A stretch of 64,000 nucleotides of DNA. Origin: a virus. Below are positions 40,713 to 52,593 of the stretch, piece after piece (within the stretch, counting starts at the first letter, position 1; each line of letters starts with the position of its first letter). A program made the position numbers and the translations under genes. The stretch spans positions 15,365 to 79,364 of IMG/VR virus record IMGVR_UViG_3300010401_000002, one strand, 5' to 3'. The notes under the pieces are model-generated. The model was not told the origin of the DNA, did not search any database, and saw only the letters and a list, made by a program, of their open reading frames with translations.

Positions 40713-41692
40713 ATGGGAGTACACTTAATAATATATAAAATAAAAGGCAAGTCTATGGAAGAAACATGGGGCGGTAAAACTGTTCCATATTATGAAGCAG
40801 AAAATGTAGATTGGTGGGACACATTGCGACATAGCGGTGATAGAGATTTTATTTTGAGCACAGAATTTAACTGTGTTGATAATGATAACGAAGTTGAGGA
40901 ACAAGAATATTTCAGACCAAAGGATTTTGCAAAAACAAGGCAGTGGGTAAGGGATAATGTTGTTGGAATGAATCAGCCGCGTTTATTGGAGGCTTTAGTT
41001 AAAATGGAATTAGATGAATCGTTGGCCTTTCATTGGTCGTGGTAAGAGCATGAAAATACTTATAGCAGAAGAAGACAATGTTATACGCGAAGTGATAGAA
41101 AATAAATCACATTCGCCCCATCTGATTATAACTCCATCGGGGCAAGATGGTATTGATGTTTTTAACGGAACATTTTCTGATATAGTTTTTGTTCCGGGCT
41201 ATATACCCGCCAAACCCAAACCACGCGGCACTAATATGATTCCAAAAAAGAAGAAAAGAAAATGACAACACAAGACGAACACGAATTAGCTTATTTCAAA
41301 ATGCAGATGCTACAAGCTGAAATAGAAATGAACGCAATGATAGCGGAAAATAAAAACTGTGAATTAAAGGGGCAGCCTATGAAATTTGCCGAAAACCATT
41401 TTATGAATTTGATTGATAGACACAGGATTCATCATAATGCGTTTCCGTCTTATACAGGCAGATAAAACAATAACAGGCTTGGTCGCCTTCATAAAAACCG
41501 TATAGAAAAATGGAAGATAAAATTAACTACGGGACATTGGTTGACCCCGAAAAAGAATATCCTGTAACATACACAATTGCACAGGATGGAACAAAAACAA
41601 TTCAGAACACCTTTTTAAAAGGAAAAGATTTAACCGAAAATCAGATTAAGGAGCTGGTTGAATCGAGGGGTGTTGTTATGCAGGTGGTATAA
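40713..41692 (+). other. Four small hypothetical genes ending the + operon
   Basis: ORFs ending at 41045, 41265, 41465 and 41692. Confidence 0.55.
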
Positions 41693-41720
41693 GTTTTTAA
41701 GTTTTTTCATAATGGTTGTT

Positions 41721-41760
41721 CAATCCGTGTAGCGTGGTAACTATGCGGATTGCTTTTTTT
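41721..41760 (+). terminator. Intrinsic terminator at convergence of operons
   Basis: CAATCCGTGTAG / CTATGCGGATTG stem followed by C and T7. Confidence 0.8.
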
Positions 41761-41870
41761 AATTAAGCCCCAACCAACACACCCGCCCCCAACCAACAAC
41801 ATAAATCTTATTGCAGTGAAAGTTGCCGCATTGCTGGGGTGTGAGGGAGAGTTTATAGTGCAAAGTATAT

Positions 41871-42377
41871 TTAATGTGGGTTCGTTGCATGGGAAAGGGT
41901 GTTAATGTCAATAGCAAGACCTTGTTCGATAAGATTGAATACATCAAAATGCCATTCATAAAGTTTTTGAAACAATTCAAGTTGATTATCAACGTGGCGG
42001 TCGTCCTTAGTTGCATAATCATGCGCAAGTCCGCTGTCATAAAATGTGGTTTTGAACGACTTGTTTTCATCATCATATTCAAAACACCTTGACTCCCATT
42101 TACTCAAATCTCTGTTTGCTCCACCCTGCAATCCGCTTATTTCTGATAACACATCAATCGGTACAAGTTGTTCGCCATTAATCTCAATCGTTTTTGTTAA
42201 ATCCGATAATGGCCGTAGAATTGGCTTAAAATAGCCTTTGTGAGTTAGCCAATTATAATCAGAAGGCGTTAATATCGTTTCTTTTTTAATATTCCCCGGC
42301 CTTTCAGCCCAACGCACTTTCAACCCATACGGCAAGTAAGCCGATAAATGTTTTAGTTCTAATTTTTTCTTTTCCAT
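41871..42377 (-). CDS. Conserved Bacteroidota-phage hypothetical protein
   Basis: LELKHLSAYLPYGLK, KPILRPLSDLTK, WHFDVFNLIEQGLAIDIN motifs. Confidence 0.65.
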   Translation of the reverse strand: MEKKKLELKHLSAYLPYGLKVRWAERPGNIKKETILTPSDYNWLTHKGYFKPILRPLSDLTKTIEINGEQLVPIDVLSEISGLQGGANRDLSKWESRCFEYDDENKSFKTTFYDSGLAHDYATKDDRHVDNQLELFQKLYEWHFDVFNLIEQGLAIDINTLSHATNPH

Positions 42378-42488
42378 TTTATTTATTTTATCCTCAACTC
42401 CAAAACACCACCCACCGACCCAATATCGTCACTGCCGTCTGCCTAATATAACAGACGCGATTCTGTTGGAAGTGGAAAGTAAGGGTTG

Positions 42489-45400
42489 TCATTTGATGTT
42501 TGATAAGGGGTAGGAATTAATAATAATGCCACATTCAATCTCTACCTTGTTGTCTAATGTATCATAGCCGTGTAACTCTTTAAAGTGGTTCGCGTTCTTT
42601 CTTATCTGGCTATGCTTATATGACGCTTCTTTCAATGCCGAACCAACTTCATCAACACACTTAGCCCTTATATTAATTATCAATTGATTTCTAACCCTAT
42701 CGGTTAATTTAAAATCAATAACGCTTTCTAACCACCTTACTATTCCTTCGCTTGTCTGTATCATTTCAAATTATATTTCTTTTTAATTATATCCATCGGT
42801 ATTCTGTCCAACTCTTCTTTAAATTTAATCTGCCCATTCAAGGCCTCCTGCATTTGTTCAGCCAATTCATCGCCAAACTCTTGCCGTATTTCTTCAATGG
42901 TCATTTCTTTGACAACGGGGTTGTTTCCACCAAAATAATCATAATCTTGGTTTAAGCAGATGCAGTCTAAGAAATAGAATCCGCATTTATCGCAACGTAG
43001 TTCTTCTGCTGTGTCCATTACTTTTCCTCCAATAGTTTAATAAGTTTTAATACCCAATCTAAAGTTACGTTTTCTCTGACTTGTACTTGTTCCAAACTGT
43101 AATCAGAAATAGTTATTACCCACATATCTGATTCCTTATATGCTGTCACAACCGTGTCCGGGGCAATGTGTTTATAATAATCTATGCCATCTGGCGTAAA
43201 TCCGTGTTGTAGTAGTTCGTTCACTTATTCAACTCCTTTACATATTCAATTATATCCTTAGTAGAACTTAGTTTTGATGGATGATTGCCTAACAATCTTT
43301 TTGCTATCACCTTTATTTCATTAAGTATGGCTACTTCTTCATCCTCTGTAATACCACAATCTTCATCGAACATAAAGAAGTCTGCTTCCGCTAAATGTAT
43401 TGCCGAATGTATTGTGGCTATTTGTTTTATTTCTAAAGTTTTCATTTCTCTAAATGCCTATAATTTATCCTGTTATTCTCCGCCAACATTTCATACAGCC
43501 TTTCTAACAATCGGTTAGACTGTAGTGCCTTGAAGTATATCCGTTCGTTTCGGGCCTGCTGGCCGAGGCGTTTGACGCGAAGGATTCTGTTGTTTATGTT
43601 GTTGTTCATTGGGTATTACAAATTAATCTTTTCCTTTAAAATAAAATCTCTAACCATAATATACCGCTCTTTAAAATCTGCATTTTTAATAGTTAGCTTT
43701 TCAGCCTTTCTTGTTGCTACTGATACTGCGCTATGAGAAATGTCGCTGTACTTTGCTAAATTCATGCAGCCCCTTTGATAGTTGCTTTCCTTTGCTTTTG
43801 GATAAACAAATTCAGATACCAAAAGAAAAATTAAATAACGAACGTGGAGGTGTTCGTAGCACCTGCTTTTAGAAAATACAGATTCTTTTTTTACTTTCAG
43901 ATACTCATAAACAGCATCTGCAATTTTCTCAATTGTTAATCCCTGTAAATCTTCGGGTTCTGTGTCCATTATTATTTTTTGCCTGAAAACAAGATAATCT
44001 TCAACCGAAAATCCGTTTACATGAAACTGAAACCATCCGTAACTATCAGTGTATAGGCGACCTTCTTTACCATCCCAATAATAATCTTTTTGCGATACTT
44101 TTATTCGCTTTAGTTGTGGCATCTTTTCATCGTGCCCGTTTGTTGGGGATAGGTTCATAGCGTTGTTATTTCCCTCTGAACATACAAAACAACAACCTCA
44201 CAAGCGGCCAATACAGATGCGCTTGCCAATGCTTTTAGTATCGCTTCGGGGTTGTCAAAGTATAGGATTTCCTTTTCCATGCCATCATCTATACGTACTT
44301 GGCTAAATCCTTTGCCGTTCCAATAATCACCGTATATGTTGCGGATTGCGCTGCGTTGGGTCATTATAACAGTTTTTACTGTTTTTGTTGAACATAATTT
44401 ACAAACGAATCTATGCTTATTGCCTAAGAAATGATTTCCACAACGGCTACATATGTTTTCATAGTTGCCGTTTTCTTTCTCGTAATCCTCTGGCCAATTG
44501 CCTTTGTATTGGAATAGGTCAGCAACCGATTGGTGAGGCGCAAGTGCGTAATCTGGGTGTGAACGTTGCCTTTCTTCTTTGTCCATACCTAACTCATTCG
44601 GATTGAACATTGCTTTGTGTATAGTTTCAAATACGCCTTTAATATACTCATTGTGAGCTTTGGCCTGTTCTTTATTTTCCATTGTTATTTATTTAACGTT
44701 TTTATCATTTCCTTAATTTCATCATCAACCGCGTCTGAATCAACCAATGCCCCAATACTTTCAGTGGCGCAATGGAAGCAAAATTCAATACTTACATAGT
44801 AGCTTTTTGCTATATTAGTTCCATCGTGCGTATCTGCCGAAGTGTAGTTTTTTAATTCAACTTTCTTTCCCTCCTTCAACCCTATTTCAAGTAGTTGCAG
44901 GAATCGTTTAATGTCAGCTTTTGTTACTAAATTCATTTTGTTTCTGTTTATAAATTTCAATTATTTCCTTAAAACTCTCTTTAGAAATTCGTTTAATGTC
45001 ATAGATTTTACACCACCTCATACAATCATCATAGTAGAAAGTTCCCCTATTCCCCTCCACCCTAACCTGTACCGTCTTTTGGGTGTAGCGGTTGTCGAGG
45101 CGGATTCGGGCGGAAACCACAAAGGAGAAATTCATTTTACTATCTTTAAATAATCCGTTTTATCCTTTGGATTGAAGTTGCCGTTTACTAATATGTTGCA
45201 GCAGATGTTGGCTAACATTGCGTTGGTTGAATGTTGGTGTGGCATACCTGCATTTTCCCACCCCATGTAAATATCTTCCATTATCTTAAAGTCATCGGTA
45301 TTAAAGCCCTTTATGTTTTTATAATTACCGTCACAGTAATCACCATCTTTTCTTGGGTCAATACTATTACCTAATCTTATTTGAGATAACATTAACCCGC

Positions 45401-47583
45401 CACGCTGACAAACCTCGCAACCTTTAGGGAGGTTGTTTAGCCTTTGCTGAAAGATTTTCGCGTTTTTTGCATTGTCTGCAAATACCTCTATTGCGCCATC
45501 CCAATAGTTACGGCCTGCGCTAATCATTCCCCTTACCACCAACTGCAAACAATCCCATGCAATCTCTAACCGCTTTCCTTCATCGGTTAATTCGTGAAAT
45601 GCTTTGTTTCTTTTTTCTAAATTGCGTATCTTTTGAAGTACGCTTGTAAATTTGATTTGTGGAATGATTTTCATTTTGTGATGTTTTTATTTGTTATCTA
45701 ATATTGCTTTAATTGCTCTTGCTTGTTGTAATGTAATACCTAATGAACCGTAAGATGTTAAAACGTCTTTTATTTCTTTTTCGAGTGTGCGCTTTTCCTG
45801 CATATCCAATATGTGCTGCTTAGTTAAATATAATTGATAGTTCCATTGGCTGTACTCTTTGTTTTCATACCTTAGATTTTCAAGAGTTATTTTATTTTGC
45901 CGCCAACTCACACTTTCTCCCTCAACCTCAAAATACTTTCTCCCTACTTTAATAACCGTTACCTCTTTAATTTGCGGGGGTTCGTTTCTGCTGAACACTT
46001 CTCGGTATAATTTCTGCCCTACTTCTATTTTCATCTCAATGCCCTCACAATTAAATTCTTTCCCCCTACGTGCGTGTTAAGGTGTTCTTTCATTTCAACC
46101 GCTTTACTATAACTCCTTAGCGGGTTGCCGTTTAAATCGCGTGATTTATATAATTCATCCGCGCCTGTTTCTGTTATCTGGAAGATAGCGAATAGGGCTT
46201 TCGTTTGGGTGTGGTGGCGTTTCATGCTGATTCCTCGCTTTCTTCTTCTTCTTCTTCATCGCCAAAGTCCCCTATAATATCCTTGCACAGTTTAAGGAGC
46301 TTTACTTTATACTTCTCTTCCGTTTCAGAAAGTTTATTGTTATCTGCCATTGCGGTATAGTAATCTTGTAAATCGCGGTAGGTGTTTTCAAACCTACAAT
46401 AACCCATGTTTGCCATTTTGTTTCTGATTTAATTGTTACCTGTTTATTTTTCTTGCTTTTCTCCCCGCCTTACTCTTTGCCCGATTCTTTCTTTGCTTCG
46501 GGGTTAATGGTGTCTTTGGGCGTTCCTGTTTGAAACGGGGTGCAGGTGCGTTCATCATCGCTTCACCCAATGCTGCGAAGGCTGATAATTCTAAAAGTTT
46601 TGATTTGATGCTCATGCTGTTTTTGAATTTTGTTTATTAATTATTTTAATCACATTGTTTACTTCTTTTTGGGACACCTTCATTATCCCGCTTCTCCTTA
46701 CAGATGTTGGTACAAAATAGTAGTATCCTCTATCATCCTTTTTAAAGGAGTTGCTTTTTATTAAATCAATTATATCTTTTTGTTTGCTGCTTAGTTTCAT
46801 AGCGACCTGTCCCCTTCCCCTTTTTTGTCGGAATCTGATTTAACGTTGTCAAGATACGCAACCGTATTGGCATAGCTGAATCTTTCTATTTCTAAATCCA
46901 TTACAGGCGCATCCATTTCTTCTGCCTCGTCAATATTATTCCTGCGGCAATATGCTGCCGCTTCTTTTTGTGCTGTTTCCCGATTGTCGCACATTAGGTT
47001 TAATGTTCCTGCGCCTGTTGTTCCTTTCCATAATTGAAAGATGTAGTTATTCATGGTCGCCTCCTTCTGTTATATCGAGTTCCATATCGGGGAGTTCATT
47101 CTGCCTGTCAAGAAGTGCCAACTCTAACATTTCATAAAGCATTGGCGTTGCTCCGTATTTGTTGTAATGTTTTTCGAGCTGCCCATAGGGCATATCGTAA
47201 TCCTTTGCGGTTTGGCTGATGAAAGGGCTTTTGTGTTCCATAATGTTTGAGCATTAAAGTGTTTGAGTTAAATTTTCCTTTGTCTTATTAATCAGTTTGC
47301 CACATTCTCTAAGTAACTCTGGCGTTAGTTCTACGGATGAATCAATGGCGTTGTATAGCTTTTTGAGGGCGGTTAACAGTTCCCTATTCTGCTCCATCAA
47401 CTCCACCGGGCTTAGACCTGTTTCATTAGCTACGTTGAAGGCTTCCGCGATTAGGGTGGCGTTGGCTATATCTTCCTGCTGTGAAAGTTCTTTTTCTTCA
47501 TAGCCTGTATCATTGGTGTAGATAGAATATTGACCATCTCCGTAGCTTCTTACTTTTACCGCTCCTTTTGTGTGATGCTTCAT
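42489..47583 (-). other. Array of small early/host-takeover-type hypothetical genes
   Basis: More than 15 coupled minus-strand ORFs of 60-180 aa. Confidence 0.6.
43616..44158 (-). CDS. Protein with DnaA C-terminal (domain IV)-like HTH
   Basis: TIEKIADAVYEYLKVKKESVFSKSR....VRYLIFLL ... SHSAVSVATRKAEKL follows the DnaA domain IV pattern. Confidence 0.6.
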   Translation of the reverse strand: MNLSPTNGHDEKMPQLKRIKVSQKDYYWDGKEGRLYTDSYGWFQFHVNGFSVEDYLVFRQKIIMDTEPEDLQGLTIEKIADAVYEYLKVKKESVFSKSRCYEHLHVRYLIFLLVSEFVYPKAKESNYQRGCMNLAKYSDISHSAVSVATRKAEKLTIKNADFKERYIMVRDFILKEKINL

Positions 47584-47587
47584 GTCG

Positions 47588-48361
47588 TTATTTAGTTTTT
47601 AAATTTCTTTGATATTCCATAAGCCCCATAAATTCTTCCACCCATTCAACCGTTAATTTTACAACTCCGCTATTCTCTGGGGTCTTACCTTTTGATATTT
47701 GCATAAACCATCTTTCGGCAGGGCGTGAACCATCGGGAATTAATCCATTTAGTTTTTCTGATTCTTTGTAATAACAACCTTTACTTTTTGCAATTGTCCC
47801 GACTAAACAGCAACATTCACCTTCATAAACAGAACCATCTACGCGGCCTTCTTTTAGTGCTTTTAATAAAAATGCGGTTTCGTTTGAGCGTAAAAGTATA
47901 GCCCAAATATCGTTTTTAAATGCAGTTAAATCCGCATCAGTTAAATTCGCACGAGTTAAATTCGCACGAGTTAAATCCGCACGAGTTAAATTCGCATCAG
48001 TTAAATCCGCATCAGTTAAATCCGCACGAGTTAAATCCGCACGAGTTAAATTCGCACGAGTTAAATTCGCATCAGTTAAATTCGCACGAGTTAAATCCGC
48101 ATCAGTTAAATCCGCATCAGTTAAATTCGCATCAGTTAAATTCGCATCAGTTAAATTCGCATCAGTTAAATTCGCACGAGTTAAATTCGCACGAGTTAAA
48201 TCCGCACGAGTTAAATTCGCCCTCCATTTTTCTTTTACTTCAATCTCTTGTCTGATATACTCTTTTACGGTTTCGGCAATTGTGTTATTTTCTTTTTCGT
48301 ATTCAAAGATTATACTGCCCGTCCAACGGTTTTTAATACTAAGTTTAATTTTCTTTTCCAT
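47588..48361 (-). CDS. Pentapeptide repeat protein
   Basis: 20 A(N/D)LT(R/D) units (last is ADLTA) between an IKNRWTG N-domain and a Cys-containing C-domain. Confidence 0.92.
   Translation of the reverse strand: MEKKIKLSIKNRWTGSIIFEYEKENNTIAETVKEYIRQEIEVKEKWRANLTRADLTRANLTRANLTDANLTDANLTDANLTDADLTDADLTRANLTDANLTRANLTRADLTRADLTDADLTDANLTRADLTRANLTRANLTDADLTAFKNDIWAILLRSNETAFLLKALKEGRVDGSVYEGECCCLVGTIAKSKGCYYKESEKLNGLIPDGSRPAERWFMQISKGKTPENSGVVKLTVEWVEEFMGLMEYQRNLKTK
47924..48220 (-). repeat. 15-bp tandem repeat x20
   Basis: GCG(A/G)ATTTAACT(CGT/GAT) units. Confidence 0.95.
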
Positions 48362-49050
48362 TTTATTTATTTTGTTTTTGAGTGTGAAATTTTACAATTC
48401 AATATTATATTCTTTTGCAATCTCCGTTGCCTGTTTCCATAACTTTCTTTTCTTTTTAAGCTGATACCATTTGCAGTTAATGTACTGACGGCAAATGATG
48501 GCTATTTTTATTGTTGCTGTGTTACGTGTCATGTGTGAACCTTAAACCCTAATTTTGTTAGTGTTTCTATTGCTGTATTGTAATCCTCCAATGTATCGTA
48601 TTCGATTACATTATTGCTGCCATACGCGGCTTTTTCATGCCTTAATGCTGCTGCCTTACTGATTTTGCCAAGTGGCACATAATACGGTTTTCCAAACTGT
48701 GGGTTGTGCCTTTCTTTTATGTAGTATTTCATAATTTTTTCTTTTTTCGTCCGCCACCGTTAAAGGGGGCTAAAGGTTATATTGCATTAAAGTTTTTAAA
48801 TATTTCTTTGTGCAATGCTTCATTTGTCTGAACATTTTCATTTCCTATTTTGTCCAAAACATCCCTTAAATAATCGTCATGGTAATGGTATCCGGTGCGA
48901 ACGTTTAAACCGTAAACATATAAGGCATTTGCAGCGCGCGTTCTCTCTGTTGCATTGTACCATGTTGAAGATTTTAGTAATTGAGAAGATATATTAAACC
49001 GTGTTTCCTTTTCAATCTCGTTTGTCACGCCTGACACATCAGCTATCCAC

Positions 49051-49488
49051 CTAATTAGTTTTTCCATTTTTATTACCCCATCTTTTTAAATTTCCTAAAC
49101 CTGATTTACCAACCTTTTGCCCTGATAACTTCATAGCCTCAACCATATACCCTTCTTTTAATCTTTCCTTTAATCGTTTCTTTGTCTGCGGTGAAACCAT
49201 TTCTTTTGTCCTTCCTTTTTCACCTTGTTTAAACCTGCTTTTTGCACCTTTTAAAGTTAAGTTTTTAGTGATGCACTTATGATAGTTGCCTAAAGTTTTC
49301 AACCTCGTTTTTTCGCTGCTTTCCTTGCTGCAAATACCCTTTATTAAATCAAATCCAAATTGAATTTTATATTCCCTTTCCGTTAAATCGTGCCTTTGCC
49401 GTACATGGGTTAAAACTCTTTTAAAGCACTGCCCGCAAACCTCGCATTTTGGATTTCCTTCGCTGTCGTATTCTATTGTGCCGTACAT
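49051..49488 (-). CDS. MucR/Ros-like zinc-finger protein with basic tail
   Basis: CEVCGQCFKRVLTHVRQRHDLTEREYKIQFG; likely start at MYGTIEY. Confidence 0.65.
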   Translation of the reverse strand: MYGTIEYDSEGNPKCEVCGQCFKRVLTHVRQRHDLTEREYKIQFGFDLIKGICSKESSEKTRLKTLGNYHKCITKNLTLKGAKSRFKQGEKGRTKEMVSPQTKKRLKERLKEGYMVEAMKLSGQKVGKSGLGNLKRWGNKNGKTN

Positions 49489-49584
49489 TTTAAAGTTCCT
49501 GTTTAATTTTACTGATGATGCGAGGGGGTGAAGTAGTCCCCCTACTTGCTTTAATGCTTTCAGGGGCAACTACACTACACTTTT

Positions 49585-50505
49585 TTACTTACCTTTTGCA
49601 TTTTTAACCGTTACGCCTTCGGGCAAATTTAATTTTTCAATTATTGCGCTTACTTCTGATTCGCTCATCATATCGTAACCCCTCCAATTAAACGCTAATT
49701 GCTTTGTATGGTCGTAAAAAATGCAATTCTTTAACGCCTTCGACCCTCCTACATTTAGCACTTGCAATTTAACCGCAAATTCTAAATTCGCCTTATCAAT
49801 TTCTTTGTCGCGCTCTGCTTCCAACTTTTTTACTTCATCATTCTTTTTCAATTCTTCGCGTGCCTGTTTTGCTGCTGGTGTGTAATAACCCTCGTTAATC
49901 CTTTTGTTTTCTTCTTCGCGCTGCTCCTGTGTGAGTGCATCAAAATTGCTTTTTGTGCTGTCTGCTAAAAACTTTTTACCTGTTAGTTGCTCCAAATAAA
50001 AACGGGCTGCGCTTGCTTCTTCTTTCCACTGTGTCAATACGTCTAACTTTTCAAGAGTTATTGCGTGCTGCACCTTGTTTTCTGCCTTATTCAGTTCATT
50101 AAATTGTTTAGGTGTAAGCCTGTAATAATCGCAAAACTGCTTTTTAAATCCTGCGTCATTCGGTTTAGTATTATTAAAACCATTGCGCAAATGGTAAAAT
50201 CCGTTTGCTACTGCGTACATAGGCACTCCATTATAATCACATAAATGCAATTTTACAAACGTTTCAAACTCCGGGAAGTGCTTTATAATATCCTCATGGA
50301 TGCAGCCGCCTGAAATAAAGTACCGGTCTGTTTTTGGCTTACCTGCTTCGTATATATCGCCAGTGATTGAAAAATCCTGATGCCCGTTTTTACATTCGTC
50401 ATCCAAGCGAATTTTAACGGTTATTGATTCATTGCCTATTATCTTTGTAGTAGAATAACGTAGGCTGTTAGTTGCTTCTTGCTGTACTTCTTGTGTAGTT
50501 GTCAT
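49585..50505 (-). CDS. Hypothetical phage protein
   Basis: 306 aa; DECKNGH.DFSITG...GGCIHE...LHLCD potential metal-binding residues. Confidence 0.65.
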   Translation of the reverse strand: MTTTQEVQQEATNSLRYSTTKIIGNESITVKIRLDDECKNGHQDFSITGDIYEAGKPKTDRYFISGGCIHEDIIKHFPEFETFVKLHLCDYNGVPMYAVANGFYHLRNGFNNTKPNDAGFKKQFCDYYRLTPKQFNELNKAENKVQHAITLEKLDVLTQWKEEASAARFYLEQLTGKKFLADSTKSNFDALTQEQREEENKRINEGYYTPAAKQAREELKKNDEVKKLEAERDKEIDKANLEFAVKLQVLNVGGSKALKNCIFYDHTKQLAFNWRGYDMMSESEVSAIIEKLNLPEGVTVKNAKGK

Positions 50506-50560
50506 AATTTGGAGTATTTAAAATGTTAGTGTTTGAATATTTGAATAGGGGATTGAAAGA

Positions 50561-50839
50561 TTAATTATTTTTGTTTAGGTCTGCCAACACATAAACGCCT
50601 TCTTTTATTTTTCGCTCGGTTGCTTTCTTGTTTTCGCCTAAAAATAGATTCCTGTATTTGCTTGTTGTGACTGAATAATCCCAGTATTGCCTATCCAATT
50701 TTATTTTTCCTTTTACGGGCTTAAATACTATCAGACTATTATAAGACTGAAAATAAATGCCGTCTTTGGTTTGGATTTCAAATTGATTTTTTACCGCTCC
50801 GTTGTTGCCTTGTAATTGTGTTACTTTTAAATTTTTCAT
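50561..50839 (-). CDS. Conserved phage hypothetical protein
   Basis: FQSYNS ... WDYSVTTSKYRNLFLGE motif. Confidence 0.65.
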   Translation of the reverse strand: MKNLKVTQLQGNNGAVKNQFEIQTKDGIYFQSYNSLIVFKPVKGKIKLDRQYWDYSVTTSKYRNLFLGENKKATERKIKEGVYVLADLNKNN

Positions 50840-51578
50840 TTGTGTAGTGTATTTAATTATTTTATTATAAGTGTGTGACTGTTTAAAAAATTTCTTTTTT
50901 CGGCTGGGGGGTTAATTATATCATTATAGGCGCGACCGACCCATTTACAGTGATACTAAATTCATTTGCATCCTGTTCTGTGTCGAAAATACATTCTCTC
51001 ATTTTTCCATTTTTGGTATAAAAAACTATATATGCTTGTTGCGTTCCAATTTCTGTTTTGCCGCATATCGCTGAACTACTTTTTTCGCTTCTCATTTTAG
51101 TGTTATTTATTAAGTGTTTTTAAAAATTCCTGTGCATCTTTTTTCTTCCAAAAATATTTACTTGTTATTGGAGTTAAATAAATTACCCAATTGCCGTAGC
51201 TGCTATTTGATTTTATGATGGTGTTATACATTTTCTTTTCTGTTTATACTGGTTCCTGTTCCTGTTATTCCATTATTTCGCCCAATGGTTGAGGGGTTAA
51301 TCAATAAGCATAATCATTGCTTGCAATTTGAATCACATCATATAACAATGCTTTTTTATCTACATTCTTTTCTTTGTTATACTTAGATTCTAAGAATGTT
51401 TGAAGCGAACATATACGCTCGTATCCTTTGTCGTTGTACTCTGTGCATAGCTTTGAGTATAGTTGCTGGGCTTGTTTCATCTTCGCTTGAATTATTAAGG
51501 GGTGAGTGATTAATTATAATATATTTGCACTGCATTTATCAAAGATAGTTTGCACTGTCCCGGCAAAGACTATTTGCC

Positions 51579-51944
51579 CTATGCGCTTACGGGGTGCGTT
51601 ATTCTTTTAACAGGATAAAACCAATAAGAGTTATACCCATTGTTTGATTCATCCGCTAAACCGGCTTTTCTTAACTCCTGATATGCTTCGCTTAATTGGC
51701 TTGCATAACATTTTTCAATATTCGGCTTAAACGTGTCCCATGTTGCACTATTATTATTTCTTACTACATTTCTTGGATGCCCGTAAATATTTACGTCCCA
51801 TTGCCAATATTCGTTATTTAACTCACCTGATACATACTTGGGTGGTGGAAATAATATATCACGTAGGTTTGATTCATGCGCTCCATTAGTTTTTAATAAT
51901 GCTGCATATAGTTTTTGCGCGTTCTCTGATAGTTCAGTTTTCAT
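51579..51944 (-). CDS. Hypothetical protein (possible wHTH)
   Basis: 121-aa ORF in the early operon. Confidence 0.5.
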   Translation of the reverse strand: MKTELSENAQKLYAALLKTNGAHESNLRDILFPPPKYVSGELNNEYWQWDVNIYGHPRNVVRNNNSATWDTFKPNIEKCYASQLSEAYQELRKAGLADESNNGYNSYWFYPVKRITHPVSA

Positions 51945-52219
51945 CTTTCTGATTTTTTAATTGTTATTGTTGATGGGTGAAATATACTGCCATATACTAA
52001 AGTCTTTAAGGTTGAACTTATTTCGCCAACTATCGCCCCGCCTACCTGCTTCTGGTTATAATCATAGATGTAATAATGCGGTAACTCTGAATTAACTACC
52101 TTAATGTAGTAAATCATTTCTGATTTTATTTCAATGGGTCTTGATAACTGTTTCATCTTTTAACATGTTTTGCGGGTGAATGTGTTTCTATACTTTGTAT
52201 GTGATAAGATTAAAATTTT

Positions 52220-52393
52220 TTAACTCATTAGTTTTGCAGCGCGAAGTAGTTTAACATCTCTTTCAGTTATATTCCTTACTCCGTTCTCTTTGCTTTCAAT
52301 TGTAACGGCTGCGGTAAAACCTAACAGTTTAGCAAGTTCATATCTTGTTAATCCCTTGCGCTCCCTTATTGCTTTTAATTCTTTACCTGTCAT
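52220..52393 (-). CDS. XRE/Cro-type HTH regulator
   Basis: MTGKELKAIRERKGLTRYELAKLLGF...IESKENGVRNI. Confidence 0.85.
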   Translation of the reverse strand: MTGKELKAIRERKGLTRYELAKLLGFTAAVTIESKENGVRNITERDVKLLRAAKLMS

Positions 52394-52593
52394 TTTTATA
52401 GTGGGTATATATCTAAAATAAAACAATTTGGGTATAGGTTGTTAAACAGTTTTTCGGCATCCTCAATGCTCCCCGCTTTAATCACCTTAAACCCATCATT
52501 ATTAGAATCATTATCCATAAACCGAATTTGAAATGATGTGTGCTTTGGTTTCATCTTGTAATTATTTAAAGTGTTATATTTAATTTGACGGGA

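Noticed and set aside
47920-48255. Plus-strand LNSHE/LNPHQ repeat ORF, or CRISPR array
   Set aside because: Antisense shadow of the pentapeptide array; the units are contiguous with no spacers.
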